Below the pieces are notes generated by a model. It was not told where the DNA came from. It did no database searches and was given only the letters and a program-made list of their open reading frames with translations. A stretch of DNA of 64,000 bases from Ralstonia flaminis (GTDB lineage Bacteria; Pseudomonadota; Gammaproteobacteria; Burkholderiales; Burkholderiaceae): contig NZ_CATZLL010000010.1 in NCBI RefSeq assembly GCF_958415495.1, positions 101,267-165,266 of the forward strand, given 5' to 3'. Position numbers and translations under genes: made by a program. How positions within the stretch are numbered: position 1 is the first letter of the stretch; each line of letters starts with the position of its first letter. Below, piece after piece: positions 27,810-37,627 of this stretch.

Positions 27810-28478
27810 TCAGCGGGTCAGGCGAAAGCCCGCCGCGCTGGAGATCATGTACAGACGCTCCCGAGCCACAAACTGCTGCGTGGCATCCTGGGTAACGACC
27901 AACGTTCGCCCAGCATCCGTGCGAACGATGACTTCTACGCCCGGGCGCTTGTTCAGCACCTGGGAGACTTGCTGCGTGATCACACCGCCCACGGCGCCGG
28001 AGACTGCGCCGGCGACATAGCGGCCATTGCCGTTACCGATGGAACGGCCACCGAGGAATGCGCTGATGCCTGCCCCGATGAGACCGGGCATGCCGCTTGA
28101 TGCGGACATGTAGCCATCGTCACCAGTGATCGTGACATTGCGAACGCGAACAACAGTGACCTGCTCGGCATCACCGCGGCGCATGACTTCCATGCCGCGG
28201 TAGACGTCGGGCGAGCTCTATTGAAGAGCGCATCCAGATGCTAGAACGCAGAAGGCGACGAGAGCAGCGGAGAAAAAGGACTTGAACATGATGGGCCTCG
28301 AAAAAAACGGGCCCATCACACCTACGGGCGTGAGGGCCCGTAAGGGGGGGAGAAGAGATACCAGCCAAAGACTGGTGTGAATCGATGCGCCTAAGACGCG
28401 GAAAGCAAGGGCATCGTAGCAGCTTGCTTTGGCGCCGGAAAGGGGCCGTCGACACGCATTTTGAAAAACTCGCAGCAT
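27810..28478 (-). pseudogene. SlyB/glycine-zipper-type outer-membrane lipoprotein gene interrupted by an in-frame TAG four codons after the lipobox Cys (MFKSFFSAALVAFCVLASGCALQ*SSPDVYRG...)
   Basis: Track ORFs 28218..28478 and 27810..28193 are in the same frame, separated by a single amber codon. The N-terminal part is a lipoprotein signal peptide. The C-terminal part has a glycine-zipper region (GLIGAGISAFLGGRSIGNGNGRYVAGAVSGAVGG). Confidence 0.55.
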
Positions 28479-28570
28479 CCCCGAAAAGGCACCGGCCGGC
28501 TACCCCCTTTCGGGTCCGACTGTTGCCTTCACAGCGGCAACGATCAGATCAGGCGTCCGAGGCTTTCCCT

Positions 28571-28867
28571 CTATCGCTCTTGATTCGGGTCCTGTCGAAG
28601 CCCTTTCAACGGCTCCATGCCGAAGGCATGGAGAAGCGATCCGTCCACGGCCAAAGCGAGTGGAGTGAGTCCGTACAGCACTGCGACACACGCGATGGCT
28701 GCGCACGCGGTCTCGACGTACCTGCCATCATCCAGCAGCGGCAGGATGGTCCGCATCCCGATAATCGCGAAGCCACCAGCCCCGCATATCGCGGCGCCGA
28801 GTGCGATCAGCTTGCAGAACAAGCGCACGAACCACTCGCCGAGCTGCATTTCAACGTGCTCACGCAT
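28571..28867 (-). CDS. Small membrane protein, 98 aa
   Basis: Track ORF with 3 predicted TM segments. Confidence 0.4.
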   Translation of the reverse strand: MREHVEMQLGEWFVRLFCKLIALGAAICGAGGFAIIGMRTILPLLDDGRYVETACAAIACVAVLYGLTPLALAVDGSLLHAFGMEPLKGLRQDPNQER

Positions 28868-28879
28868 TATCCGTTCTTC

Positions 28880-29047
28880 CGATCAACCTTCCGCCTTACC
28901 GTCTGCCACCATCCAGGCCATGGCAACCAGCAAAGCGATCAGCGTTGAAACCCACCAGTACGAACTAAACGAATAGCGATCAACCTGCATCCACAAAAGA
29001 CTACCAACCGCATCAACTAACCCCGGCAGCGCATATTTTGCATTCAT
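28880..29047 (-). CDS. Small membrane protein, 55 aa (MNAKYALPGLVDAVGSLLWMQVDRYSFSSYWWVSTLIALLVAMAWMVADGKAEG)
   Basis: Own translation (below the track size cutoff). Has an AGGACAACGACG-ATG RBS-like context. Confidence 0.3.
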
Positions 29048-29057
29048 CGTCGTTGTC

Positions 29058-29291
29058 CTATTTCGTCAGCCCGCGCGGTGCCGGCGTCTTTCCTTCGCAC
29101 TTATCACTGGTCCTGTAGGCCGCCACCTTGCGAATGTGCTTGCTCCCGCTGGGGCGATGCCCGGTCTGGTGAGGCAACGGCTCTGTCGGGAAAGGAAGCA
29201 CTTCGCGGCAATGCTTGCAGCTATAGCCGTTGCCGTGTTCACACAGCGGCGAGAGTGGTTCGTCCCAGTGTGGCGGCCGGCGACTCGGCAT
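29058..29291 (-). CDS. Small Cys-rich protein, 77 aa (CEHGNGYSCKHC)
   Basis: Track ORF. Confidence 0.3.
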   Translation of the reverse strand: MPSRRPPHWDEPLSPLCEHGNGYSCKHCREVLPFPTEPLPHQTGHRPSGSKHIRKVAAYRTSDKCEGKTPAPRGLTK

Positions 29292-29299
29292 GTTTCTTT

Positions 29300-29725
29300 C
29301 TACCGCCCAATGAGAAGGTCACGCAGATGCTGTTCCTGCTCTTGCCGGTCGAGCACGGACTGCGGAAAGTTCTCTTTCAGCCCCAGCCAGATCCGGCCAA
29401 GGTCGTCTGCGTAGGAATGGAGTCCTTCGGAACGAACCTGTTCAATGAACATCATCAGGTCCATCATCGACTTTCCAACCTTGGGGCCCTGCGCGACCAG
29501 CACCTTGCCTGCCTTCATCGCCTGCACCGCAGACGCCCAGTCCGCACACCCTGCCCGGCGCGCAAATGCATCGCACGGATGCACGATCTTGGCGCCTGGC
29601 CCGAACATCGCTTCAACCAAGTCGGTCGGCTTCGACAAATCCACTTTGAACGGTGCTGCGACAGGCTGGCTGGCCAGGTGCCCCAGCAGGTGCTGCGGAT
29701 CGGTACTGTTGTTCGCAATTGACAT
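29300..29725 (-). CDS. Hypothetical protein, ~141 aa (start MSIANNS with AGGAAA RBS)
   Basis: Internal start of track ORF 29300..29800. Confidence 0.45.
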   Translation of the reverse strand: MSIANNSTDPQHLLGHLASQPVAAPFKVDLSKPTDLVEAMFGPGAKIVHPCDAFARRAGCADWASAVQAMKAGKVLVAQGPKVGKSMMDLMMFIEQVRSEGLHSYADDLGRIWLGLKENFPQSVLDRQEQEQHLRDLLIGR

Positions 29726-29762
29726 GGTCTGTTTCCTTCTACCGGCGCAGCCGGCGTTTTTC

Positions 29763-29951
29763 CTATCCCGGTATGACGAACGATGCGACTGCCGCCGCAA
29801 TGCACAGGGCGATCACGCCCAATGAAACCGATCGATTGAATGGTGCAATCACCCCCAGGCTGAAAGCCGACATGAAGAGCACTCCGATGAGTGCCAATCC
29901 GATTTGGCCAAGTAGTGTTGTTGGCATAGCCTGCGCCCTTGTTTTATTCAC
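29763..29951 (-). CDS. Small membrane protein, 62 aa
   Basis: Track ORF with two hydrophobic helices. Confidence 0.3.
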   Translation of the reverse strand: MNKTRAQAMPTTLLGQIGLALIGVLFMSAFSLGVIAPFNRSVSLGVIALCIAAAVASFVIPG

Positions 29952-30044
29952 CCTTTCCTTCTACCTGCGTAGCCGACGCGCGAAGCGCACACACGCCGAA
30001 AGAAGTTCCTAGCCGGTCTACGTAGTCGCAAACTGTTGGCAGTG

Positions 30045-30437
30045 TTAGTTTGATTCGCCTTTCACAAGGCGCAGAAGGCGCGCTCGCTCGGTTTCGCGCG
30101 GCCCAATAGCAGCGGGCACGCCATATCCAACCGGCGCGGCCTTGGCCCACATGCCCATCAGCCGCTCCCGATCAGCGAGCATGATCGCCCCACGCTCTTT
30201 CACCGCATCACGAACGGCTGCGCGGTACACGGGTGAGCCCGCCGTATAGCCGTCCGCCAGGATGCGGTACGTCACGGCATCAACTTCGCGGCGTTGCTCT
30301 GCGGGATTCGAGATGACGCCAAATAGCACCAGCACCGCATTCAGTGCGATCGCCACGGCGGCGCATTGCACCATGAGGGCGAGAATCCGCCACCTGAGTG
30401 GCTTTTTGGGCTTGGGTTCGGGGTTCATTGTGTGCAC
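30045..30437 (-). CDS. Membrane-anchored protein, 130 aa
   Basis: Track ORF with an N-terminal TM helix. Confidence 0.4.
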   Translation of the reverse strand: MHTMNPEPKPKKPLRWRILALMVQCAAVAIALNAVLVLFGVISNPAEQRREVDAVTYRILADGYTAGSPVYRAAVRDAVKERGAIMLADRERLMGMWAKAAPVGYGVPAAIGPRETERARLLRLVKGESN

Positions 30438-30566
30438 CAGACATTCCGAATGGTCGTTCGTACGCTCTCACAACGCAGACGCGCGACTTCGCACGGCAAA
30501 GGCCGTGGGCGCACTGGTGGCACGCCCACGACCTCAACTCGACACGGCGCCGCCATCACCGGGAGC

Positions 30567-30953
30567 TTAAGCACGGCGAGGCTCATCTGCTCGCTTGCGA
30601 GGACCGCGCCAGACCTGGAAGACACCCACCGCCCCCAAGCCTGTGGCCACGACAAGAGCCGCAAACATCGACCGCTGCAGCACGCGAATGGTGCTCTCGG
30701 CACCGGCGATCGCTCGATAGACCTCCTCCGCGATCGGGCCCGGCGTGCTGGCAAGCAGCGTATTGAAGGGCACCAGCTCCAGTTCGTGCGTGGCCGAAAC
30801 CAGTTGATCCGCCAACACGAGCGCAACGCTTGGAGCTGACATCAGGGCCGTCAGTAACAGTCGGCCCAATCCCCGCTTCGCGCGCTGACGCAGAAAAGGC
30901 GCCCCGGCACCACGCCAATGCTCCGTCCCGATGTTATGTCTCCCCGCGTTCAT
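30567..30953 (-). CDS. Membrane protein, 128 aa
   Basis: Track ORF. Confidence 0.4.
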   Translation of the reverse strand: MNAGRHNIGTEHWRGAGAPFLRQRAKRGLGRLLLTALMSAPSVALVLADQLVSATHELELVPFNTLLASTPGPIAEEVYRAIAGAESTIRVLQRSMFAALVVATGLGAVGVFQVWRGPRKRADEPRRA

Positions 30954-30962
30954 CGCGCTGGC

Positions 30963-33038
30963 TTAGGGGGCCGGGAGGGCTTCGGGCTTGACCGCTGACT
31001 CGCCATTCAAGGGCAGACCACTTCCCTTGTGCATGCCATCGCGAATCAGATTGGCCAGCAGCACTTCCACGAGAGTACCGCCACCACTACCGCTGCCGCC
31101 GGTTGCAACGACATCCGGCACCAGCTTCATCCCGGAGCCGGCAAGCGCCTCCGCGACCTGGACGACGGCGTAGTTGCCGCTCTCCATCGAGTCGATCTTC
31201 TGCTTGATGACGCTGGCCTCCGCGGTACCGATGGCCTCGACCTTCGCGGCCTCCGCTTCACCCACCAGCCTGACCACCTTGGCGTCCGCTTCCGCGTTGA
31301 TCGTCTTAGCTTGCGCTTCACCCTCGGCCTGCTTCACCGCCGCCCGAGCGTTGAACTCCGAGATGGACACCTGACGCTCTGCGTCGACCACCTTCGCCTG
31401 GGTATTGGCCAGGGCCGTCGCTTGCTCCAGCTCCTGACGGACGGCTTGGGCTTGCTTCTGGGTTTCGAACGTGACTCTCTCCTGCTCGGCCTGCTTCCGG
31501 TCGGTCAGGGTCTGCATCAGCTGCTCGGGTGGCACGATGTCGCCGATCAGCGTGTCAACCGCGCCGACGTTGTACTCAGCCAGCGCGTCACCGATGGCCT
31601 TTCGGGCGTCGTCCTGACGCTTCGACCGCTCACGCAGGAAGTCGATGATGTCGGAGGCCTGGGCGCTGTTACGGAAGTAGTTGCCAATGGTCGGTTCAAG
31701 GACCTGCGTCACCAGCGCGGACATATCACCGAATCGGGCAATGACCTTCGGAGCATCGTTGCGCGGAATGTGGATGATCTGGCTGACATCGAGGTTGAAC
31801 TTGAAGCCATCTGCCGAGCGTACCGTGATGGTCGACAGATTGGCGTCGAGCTTGTGGGCCTCCGATTTCCCTGCCGCCCAGTTCAGCACGACGTTTGCGG
31901 TCGGCACATTGCGGATCTTGTGGGTGTAGGGATTGATCGGATACTTGCCCGGATCGAGCGGCTCGGCCCATACTCCCTTCTCACCACGCGAGACGAGGTT
32001 GGCATGCTTGAAGGAATCGCCGGAAACGTCCCGTCCCTCGTTGCCGACATAGGCGATCACCACGCCGACGTGGGCAATCGGTACCTCGGTCATATCGACG
32101 ACGTCAACGGTGGCGAAGCGCGGGTTGATGAAGTAGCGGCCGGCGAGGAGCACCTGTTCCTGCAAACCCTTGCAGCCCCCGTTCTGGATGAACGCCTGCG
32201 GATTCTGGAACATGTTGTGGTCAGGCACTTCCGGGCCAGCGATTTCGCCCCGCCCCAAGGGCTTGCCTTCGCGCGTAGTCACGATGCCGACTTTGTTGTC
32301 GGGAATGTCCACCACTTCGGCCACATTGACATCGAAGAGTACCGGGTTGATGCGATAGGAACCCGGGGCGATGATGCCACTCTGCGGCCCACGCTCACCA
32401 CCGTTTTCCAGGAACGAAGCGCCATCCTGGTAGGAGTCACACACTACCTGCTTGGCGATTACGCGGCCCGCCGGCAACGGTGAGCCGTCACGGGCTTCCA
32501 CGACGCCGATCTGGCTGGGCGGGATCGTGATGGTATCCGCGAGCGTGACCTTGAACAGCAGGGGATTGACCCGATACGTGCCCGGCGGAATTACATCGAT
32601 CTGCGGGCCACGTTGGCCATCTCCCTCGAGGAACTGCCGCGCGTCCTGAAACATGTCGCAGTTGATGCGTTTCGCAAGAATGCGGCCGCTCGGCAGAGGA
32701 TGGCCGTCACAGGCTTCGACGACCCCAACCTTCCCCACCGGGATCGTCACGAACTTCTTCAGCTCAACTGCGTACTGCCACGGCCAGAGCGCCCAATGGA
32801 GGCCCGGGGCGAGCGTGTCCGCCTGGTAACCAGCTTCGCCGGTCAGCGCCAAGATGCGCCCGTCGGGGAGACTGCGGTTTGAGCCGAAGAGAACGAATTT
32901 CTTCGTCACGACGCCAATGCTGTCATCGGGGACGATGATGACGCCAAACAGCCAGAGCACTTGGCGGTAGGCTGCTGCGATACTGATCACTGCGATTGCA
33001 CCCACAATCTGCCAAATATGACCGAGGAGGTAATCCAT
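30963..33038 (-). CDS. SPFH/band-7 (flotillin/YqiK-like) protein with duplicated N-terminal beta-rich repeats and a long C-terminal coiled coil, 691 aa
   Basis: N-terminal TM helix, three internal repeats (each ending ~GVVEA(C/R)DG(H/S)PLP(S/A)GRI(L/V)AK), an SPFH-like core, and an E/A/Q/K-rich coiled-coil tail (AEAEAAKVEAIGTAEA). Confidence 0.65.
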   Translation of the reverse strand: MDYLLGHIWQIVGAIAVISIAAAYRQVLWLFGVIIVPDDSIGVVTKKFVLFGSNRSLPDGRILALTGEAGYQADTLAPGLHWALWPWQYAVELKKFVTIPVGKVGVVEACDGHPLPSGRILAKRINCDMFQDARQFLEGDGQRGPQIDVIPPGTYRVNPLLFKVTLADTITIPPSQIGVVEARDGSPLPAGRVIAKQVVCDSYQDGASFLENGGERGPQSGIIAPGSYRINPVLFDVNVAEVVDIPDNKVGIVTTREGKPLGRGEIAGPEVPDHNMFQNPQAFIQNGGCKGLQEQVLLAGRYFINPRFATVDVVDMTEVPIAHVGVVIAYVGNEGRDVSGDSFKHANLVSRGEKGVWAEPLDPGKYPINPYTHKIRNVPTANVVLNWAAGKSEAHKLDANLSTITVRSADGFKFNLDVSQIIHIPRNDAPKVIARFGDMSALVTQVLEPTIGNYFRNSAQASDIIDFLRERSKRQDDARKAIGDALAEYNVGAVDTLIGDIVPPEQLMQTLTDRKQAEQERVTFETQKQAQAVRQELEQATALANTQAKVVDAERQVSISEFNARAAVKQAEGEAQAKTINAEADAKVVRLVGEAEAAKVEAIGTAEASVIKQKIDSMESGNYAVVQVAEALAGSGMKLVPDVVATGGSGSGGGTLVEVLLANLIRDGMHKGSGLPLNGESAVKPEALPAP

Positions 33039-33071
33039 AGAGAAATCCAGGTTCTTGTGTGTTCTGCACTG

Positions 33072-33089
33072 CCAGGAACATGTTCCTGG
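33072..33089. promoter_or_regulatory. Perfect 18-bp palindrome CCAGGAACATGTTCCTGG, 34-51 bp upstream of the flotillin-like gene start; putative operator
   Basis: Read directly from the sequence. Member of a 3-copy GGAAC/GTTCC palindrome family. Confidence 0.5.
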
Positions 33090-33410
33090 TCAGGAGTTGC
33101 AAACCCTTTGGGGGCAACGGCGTTGTGCGCGCAAACCTTGGCACCGCCGCAACACGATTATGTCTGTCGCGCAGAACAGAATGATCGACAAGAGCCCTGT
33201 TTTTTCTGCCGCCTTTCTTCGGATTCAATGGCTGGCATCGGGTATGGGCTTGGCCGGCCCACTATCCGAACACTGGCACTGCGAGCACTTCACCGAGGAC
33301 GCGTCCGGCAGTAGCTGCTCCCCCCAGGCGGCAGGAAGAAGCTCGGTGCGTTCTCGCTCTTCGCCTCTTCGATCATCTCGCGTCCCCGCTTGCTCAAGAT
33401 TTCGAACGTG

Positions 33411-33941
33411 TCAGGAGTAGCGCCCGAGACTGTCATCTGTCGAGATAGCCAGCGCTTCGAGCCCCATGGCAGCTGCAGCAGCATCCGAGGCTCTCTGATC
33501 CGGAGCGTCATCGCCCCAGTTCCCGGACGTCCCAGCGCCCGAGAATTGTCCATGTGAATCAGTCGGCATGCCATGATGATACGAGTTGAGCGCACTGAGT
33601 AGCAGCGTTCTCAGGCTGGTCGGAACATCTGTCGCCATGTACAGCCAGAGATCAAAATCATCGCTGTCGCTGGACAGCTTGTCGCTTCCGACGAACTGCT
33701 GTCTGGAAGGCATTGAACTGGTCTGCTGACGACGAGAATTCAATGCTGTCCTCTCGCGAGCAACATCGGCAATCTTCCTGATCTGTGCCTCTGCCTGGGC
33801 GGGCAACGGCACCTTCTTGGCTTTCACCTGCCCAAGCAGGGCGAGCAGATCCGCGCTCTGCTCGGCGGAAGCCGTGGACTGGGCAATGTGCGCATCCAGC
33901 TCCGCGTTGGTGCGCTCTATCTCGGCGTCAATGCGAGGCAA
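33411..33941 (-). CDS. Hypothetical coiled-coil protein (start uncertain; frame of track ORF 33411..34154)
   Basis: Coding-like C-terminal two thirds, but no convincing start codon or RBS. Lies downstream of palindrome m1. Confidence 0.25.
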   Translation of the reverse strand: MPRIDAEIERTNAELDAHIAQSTASAEQSADLLALLGQVKAKKVPLPAQAEAQIRKIADVARERTALNSRRQQTSSMPSRQQFVGSDKLSSDSDDFDLWLYMATDVPTSLRTLLLSALNSYHHGMPTDSHGQFSGAGTSGNWGDDAPDQRASDAAAAAMGLEALAISTDDSLGRYS

Positions 33942-33953
33942 CCCATGCCCGCA

Positions 33954-33971
33954 CCGGGAATGAGTTCCCGG
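33954..33971. promoter_or_regulatory. 18-bp palindrome CCGGGAATGAGTTCCCGG (arms of 7, non-complementary central 4 bp), followed by GTGGGATGAAAG
   Basis: Read directly. Related to the copies at 33072 and 40094. Confidence 0.45.
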
Positions 33972-34038
33972 TGGGATGAAAGCCAAGATGCCCCGAAGAA
34001 CGTGGCAAGGCCTGTTGGTAGCACCGTGTGGCGCGGAA

Positions 34039-34059
34039 TCGATGCGCGAGAAGCGCGAG
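34039..34059 (+). repeat. Degenerate 22-mer-like copy: TCGATGCGCGAGAAGCGCGAG, 67 bp to the right of palindrome m1
   Basis: Shares the TCGATGCG prefix and GCGCG-N3-GCGCG dyad. Weaker match than the others. Confidence 0.3.
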
Positions 34060-34220
34060 ATAAGAAGGCAGGATATTCGATGCAAAGGAACACGCACCAG
34101 AGGCACGTTCTGCGCACTCCTAGGCAACCTCGCGCAGCGGCTGCAGCACAACATCCCGGTCGACTCTCAATGCCGCTCAGAAAGAAAAAAGGCCATCCTT
34201 CGGAGGATGGCCATGTTCAA

Positions 34221-35012
34221 TCAAGCAGCAATTCGCGGCGGCTTCTGCGCCTTGCGCATACTCGGCACGTACCCGAATCGCGCCCATGCCTCCGGGTCTA
34301 CCGGGAGCGGACTCGTGCGCCCCGCTTCGAGATTTACAAACACACCGCTGTACTGCAGCGTCCCGGTGCGGAACAATGTCCAAAGCAAATTGAAGGCTTG
34401 CACTGCAATCGCCTGGTTGATGACCAGCGACTGCTTGCGCAGCGCATCCTCCATCGAACAAGACGGCGCCGTGTCCTTTGCATCGCGCTTCGGATCAATC
34501 AGCTCAGGAAACAGGTCGCCGACGTGAGGTAGGCGATGTTCAGCCCGGCCGCGAACTTGGCCAAGGATGACTTGACCACGATCGGTCTCATTGCCGCAAT
34601 CGAGATAGTAGCCGCCCGTGCCGCGTTGCATGGCCTTGAGGATGGCCTTTCGCGCCGCCCTCGTATCCACACATCCAACGACCAAATCACAGCAGAACCG
34701 ATCATTGGCATTGATACGCTGCACTTCCGCCTGCCAGTTGGTGCCCATGAGCACATTCAACCGATTGACCAGAAGAGCAGCCTTGTGCCGACCGACATCC
34801 GCTGGATAGAAGCCCTGGCGGCCGACGTTGCTCTCACTGACCGTGTCATCGTCATAGACGACACAGTCGATACCACCGGGATGGCCAAGTTCGAGCATGG
34901 CGTGATGGAGCCGCGCCAGACTTGGGATAACCGCACTCCCCGTTCCGCCGGCGCCTACTACAGCAATGCGCCATGCCCGCTCTGTCATCGCGCGAGGGAT
35001 GCTATGCGTCAT
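34221..35012 (-). CDS. PRTRC system ThiF-family E1-like protein (~263 aa from MTHSIPRAM; track ORF extends to a GTG at 35099)
   Basis: Rossmann nucleotide-binding motif IAVVGAGGTGS and CxxC-type cysteines (CCDLVVGC ... LDCGNE). Last gene of the PRTRC cassette order ParB-E-C-F-B-A-ThiF. Confidence 0.65.
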   Translation of the reverse strand: MTHSIPRAMTERAWRIAVVGAGGTGSAVIPSLARLHHAMLELGHPGGIDCVVYDDDTVSESNVGRQGFYPADVGRHKAALLVNRLNVLMGTNWQAEVQRINANDRFCCDLVVGCVDTRAARKAILKAMQRGTGGYYLDCGNETDRGQVILGQVRGRAEHRLPHVGDLFPELIDPKRDAKDTAPSCSMEDALRKQSLVINQAIAVQAFNLLWTLFRTGTLQYSGVFVNLEAGRTSPLPVDPEAWARFGYVPSMRKAQKPPRIAA

Positions 35013-35017
35013 TTTGG

Positions 35018-35692
35018 TCACACAACCTCCCGAATGCCGAACTTCTGCCTCCAGGCGGCCGGTATGTCGTGGACACGTTCGAAGATGCCCTTGACGCACA
35101 ACCTTAACGCCATGGACGGGCGAATGCTTGCGCAGTTGCCCAGCACGAACGCAAATTTCACGTCGTGCCTGTCGTCCTGATTGTCGGTTCCCGAGAAGAA
35201 GGCTTCAAACGTGCCATGGGAATGGCAGTCCATGACCAAGTGCTCGTTTTCCTGCAGCACCGGCCGGTCGTAACGCAGATGTCCGGAGCCGTGATCCAAG
35301 ATTGCGACAGGGACGAGCCGGAACTCGCACGAGACGCCATTCCAGACGATCCAAGCACCGGTTTCGTTCGGCATCGACGCACGCGCCATCTCGCCAAACT
35401 GGCCAACCAGTTCAGCTGGAAGTTGACCGCATGGCAACTCGGTCTCCTCATTGACAGTCCCGTAGGGGACGGCAGTTTCGACTTCGTAGCTTGCGATCTT
35501 GCGAACTACCCGCAGCCACGGGCGAACCACTTCGAGGAACACGCCGTTGGTTCCCACCAGCAGGCGTTCACCACTACCAGACAATGGTGTCAGGCTACCG
35601 AATTTCGGCACCATGATCGTCGGGAAAGACGCTTGCAGCGTCATGTCCATCGGATGCATTTCAACCTCCAACTTTGCCGGCGATGAGATCAC
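35018..35692 (-). CDS. PRTRC system protein A, JAB/MPN (JAMM) metalloprotease-like, 224 aa
   Basis: JAMM motif HSHGTFEAFFSGTDNQD (H-x-H-x7-S-x2-D). Position directly upstream of the ThiF gene. Confidence 0.65.
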   Translation of the reverse strand: MISSPAKLEVEMHPMDMTLQASFPTIMVPKFGSLTPLSGSGERLLVGTNGVFLEVVRPWLRVVRKIASYEVETAVPYGTVNEETELPCGQLPAELVGQFGEMARASMPNETGAWIVWNGVSCEFRLVPVAILDHGSGHLRYDRPVLQENEHLVMDCHSHGTFEAFFSGTDNQDDRHDVKFAFVLGNCASIRPSMALRLCVKGIFERVHDIPAAWRQKFGIREVV

Positions 35693-36383
35693 CGAGCGAT
35701 TTCTTCAACGGAATGAGCACTTCCTTCGGGTACTCGGCAAAGTTGCCATCGAGCATCTCCTTCCAGAAGGCGTACACACCTCTTTCGAACTTGACGCGTT
35801 GGGCGCCGCGGTTTGGATGCGTGAAGGCCGACGAGAAGAAGGCTTCTTCCCAACCGGCAATCGAAGCGACATCGATCTGCTTCGGAACCTGCGCAGAGCC
35901 GATGCAAATCCTTCCCACGTCCCACGTATTGAAGTACGGCGGCTCGTGCAGCATGGATTCCGGCGTCGGCCTGACGTCCTCCATCAAGGCAAACACGCTG
36001 AACCCGTCATTGGCCGCCTGGAACACCAAGCCCGGGTGCGGCACTACCGCACTGCGCGTACCCAATTCTTTGCATTGAAAGAACACCCGGCGAATCGCCG
36101 GCGGGCACCACCACGTTACGGCGCGCGTGCTCACGGACAGTACGTTCGGCGTCAGGAACTCGCCCTTCGGCAACGCTGACAAAGCAACCTGGGTCACAGC
36201 GTGAATGAGTGCTCGCCGATTGAGCGGAACACCCGGGCCGATTGCAGGCTTTCGAGTCCCCGCCTCGTGAGTGATGCGGTGTGCCGTCGAGTATGTGAAC
36301 TGCCCCTCGGCCGGCCCATACAGCAAAATGGCCCCTTGCAGGGCCACGTCATGAGACCGACTGGCGGTCAAGATCTTGGCCAT
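35661..36383 (-). CDS. PRTRC system protein B, 240 aa
   Basis: Size and position within the cassette. Overlaps the protein A start by 32 bp. Confidence 0.5.
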   Translation of the reverse strand: MAKILTASRSHDVALQGAILLYGPAEGQFTYSTAHRITHEAGTRKPAIGPGVPLNRRALIHAVTQVALSALPKGEFLTPNVLSVSTRAVTWWCPPAIRRVFFQCKELGTRSAVVPHPGLVFQAANDGFSVFALMEDVRPTPESMLHEPPYFNTWDVGRICIGSAQVPKQIDVASIAGWEEAFFSSAFTHPNRGAQRVKFERGVYAFWKEMLDGNFAEYPKEVLIPLKKSLGDLIAGKVGG

Positions 36384-36391
36384 GGGGCCTC

Positions 36392-37528
36392 CTATCGTGA
36401 AATGATGGTCAGTAATTGGTCGAGAGCCTTTACGATCTCGAACATGCGCGACAGGTCCTCATACTGCTTGGGCACCTGTTGCGGGTCGCTCGCCAGCGGA
36501 ATCAGCACCTGGTACATCGTCGCCTCTCCGCTATTGCTAATGCATTCGAAATGGTCATCCAGCAGTTCGCCGATCCACTCTTCGGAAAACACCGCAATGG
36601 AAGCGGCCGAATATGCAGGTTCGGCCCATTGCGAATGTTCGAAGAGCTTCGAGCCCTTGGCGCGCTGCAGTGCATCTTCCAGCTGCAGCATCGCGCGGCA
36701 TACCCGCTGAATCCAGCGACTTGACGAACGCGCCAGCTCCAGCACCTCCGACCTCTTGAGAACGGACCGCCGAGGGCCTTTCCGGCCCTTGCGCTTGCCG
36801 CGCTCGGGGAACATTTCTTCCGGCGCCAGGACCGGACGAACATTGGAAGGCAGGTAGCGCTCGATGTCCTCACTGTCAGCCCCAAGGCGATCAGCAAGAC
36901 TCTCCCTCGCGTTCTCGTCGGACACACCCTCATCCCAATCCCACCACCACCTGGCGAACATCTCCAGGAAGTAACTCGGTGTGCGCAAGAAGAGCGAGTT
37001 GCAGGACGCTTCGTTGATCAGCGCCATCACAGAGCACAAGAGCCCGGGGTGGGCGCGCTGCAGTGGGTGCATCCGTGCGCCAATCTCGAAGATCTGCTCA
37101 TGAGGCAACTCGATCGCCAAGTACAACGGCGCCGAGAGGTCCGTCTCCCATCCAAACTGATCGACCTGATCGCGTGCTGCCGCCTGGTCGAGCAAAGCGA
37201 ACCCAAACAGAAGCCGCTTGCACGTCGGTGTGCGTCGCCGCAGCCACGCGAACATCGCCTCTGCGAACATGTCACCAGCATTGCCGCTGGAGCGAGCGTC
37301 GCGCGGCGAGAGCGGACCAGCCTCGAAATGCGCCCGTATCAGACCGGTAAGGTCTCCCTCGTCGGTATGCCGAAGGCGTGCAATCGCTGGAACGCATTGT
37401 GAAATGGCCGGGAGTGTTAGAAAACCATCGGCAGCTCTATGTCCGGCAGGGGAATCGAATCGACATGCCGCCCCGCCGGTGAGGCTTTCACTGAAGCCTG
37501 ATAAACCTTGGCAAGAATCGAACAACAC
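36392..37528 (-). CDS. PRTRC system protein F, 378 aa
   Basis: Size and position within the cassette. Confidence 0.45.
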   Translation of the reverse strand: MLFDSCQGLSGFSESLTGGAACRFDSPAGHRAADGFLTLPAISQCVPAIARLRHTDEGDLTGLIRAHFEAGPLSPRDARSSGNAGDMFAEAMFAWLRRRTPTCKRLLFGFALLDQAAARDQVDQFGWETDLSAPLYLAIELPHEQIFEIGARMHPLQRAHPGLLCSVMALINEASCNSLFLRTPSYFLEMFARWWWDWDEGVSDENARESLADRLGADSEDIERYLPSNVRPVLAPEEMFPERGKRKGRKGPRRSVLKRSEVLELARSSSRWIQRVCRAMLQLEDALQRAKGSKLFEHSQWAEPAYSAASIAVFSEEWIGELLDDHFECISNSGEATMYQVLIPLASDPQQVPKQYEDLSRMFEIVKALDQLLTIISR

Positions 37529-37627
37529 GATTCCACCTCCTCATCATGTAGAAAAACCGCCCTATCGGGCGGTTTCTCAGTTCCATTGATGCTGACCGGA
37601 TCGGCCAACGCATTCATCAGATCGCGC

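Noticed and set aside
31029-32483. 484-aa plus-strand ORF opposite the flotillin gene
   Set aside because: Antisense artefact. The minus-strand product has SPFH repeats and a coiled coil.
33976-34527. 183-aa plus-strand ORF beginning right after palindrome m1
   Set aside because: It overlaps the PRTRC ThiF gene on the opposite strand and its translation is basic/low-complexity. Kept only as a caution that the m1 palindrome's target gene is uncertain.
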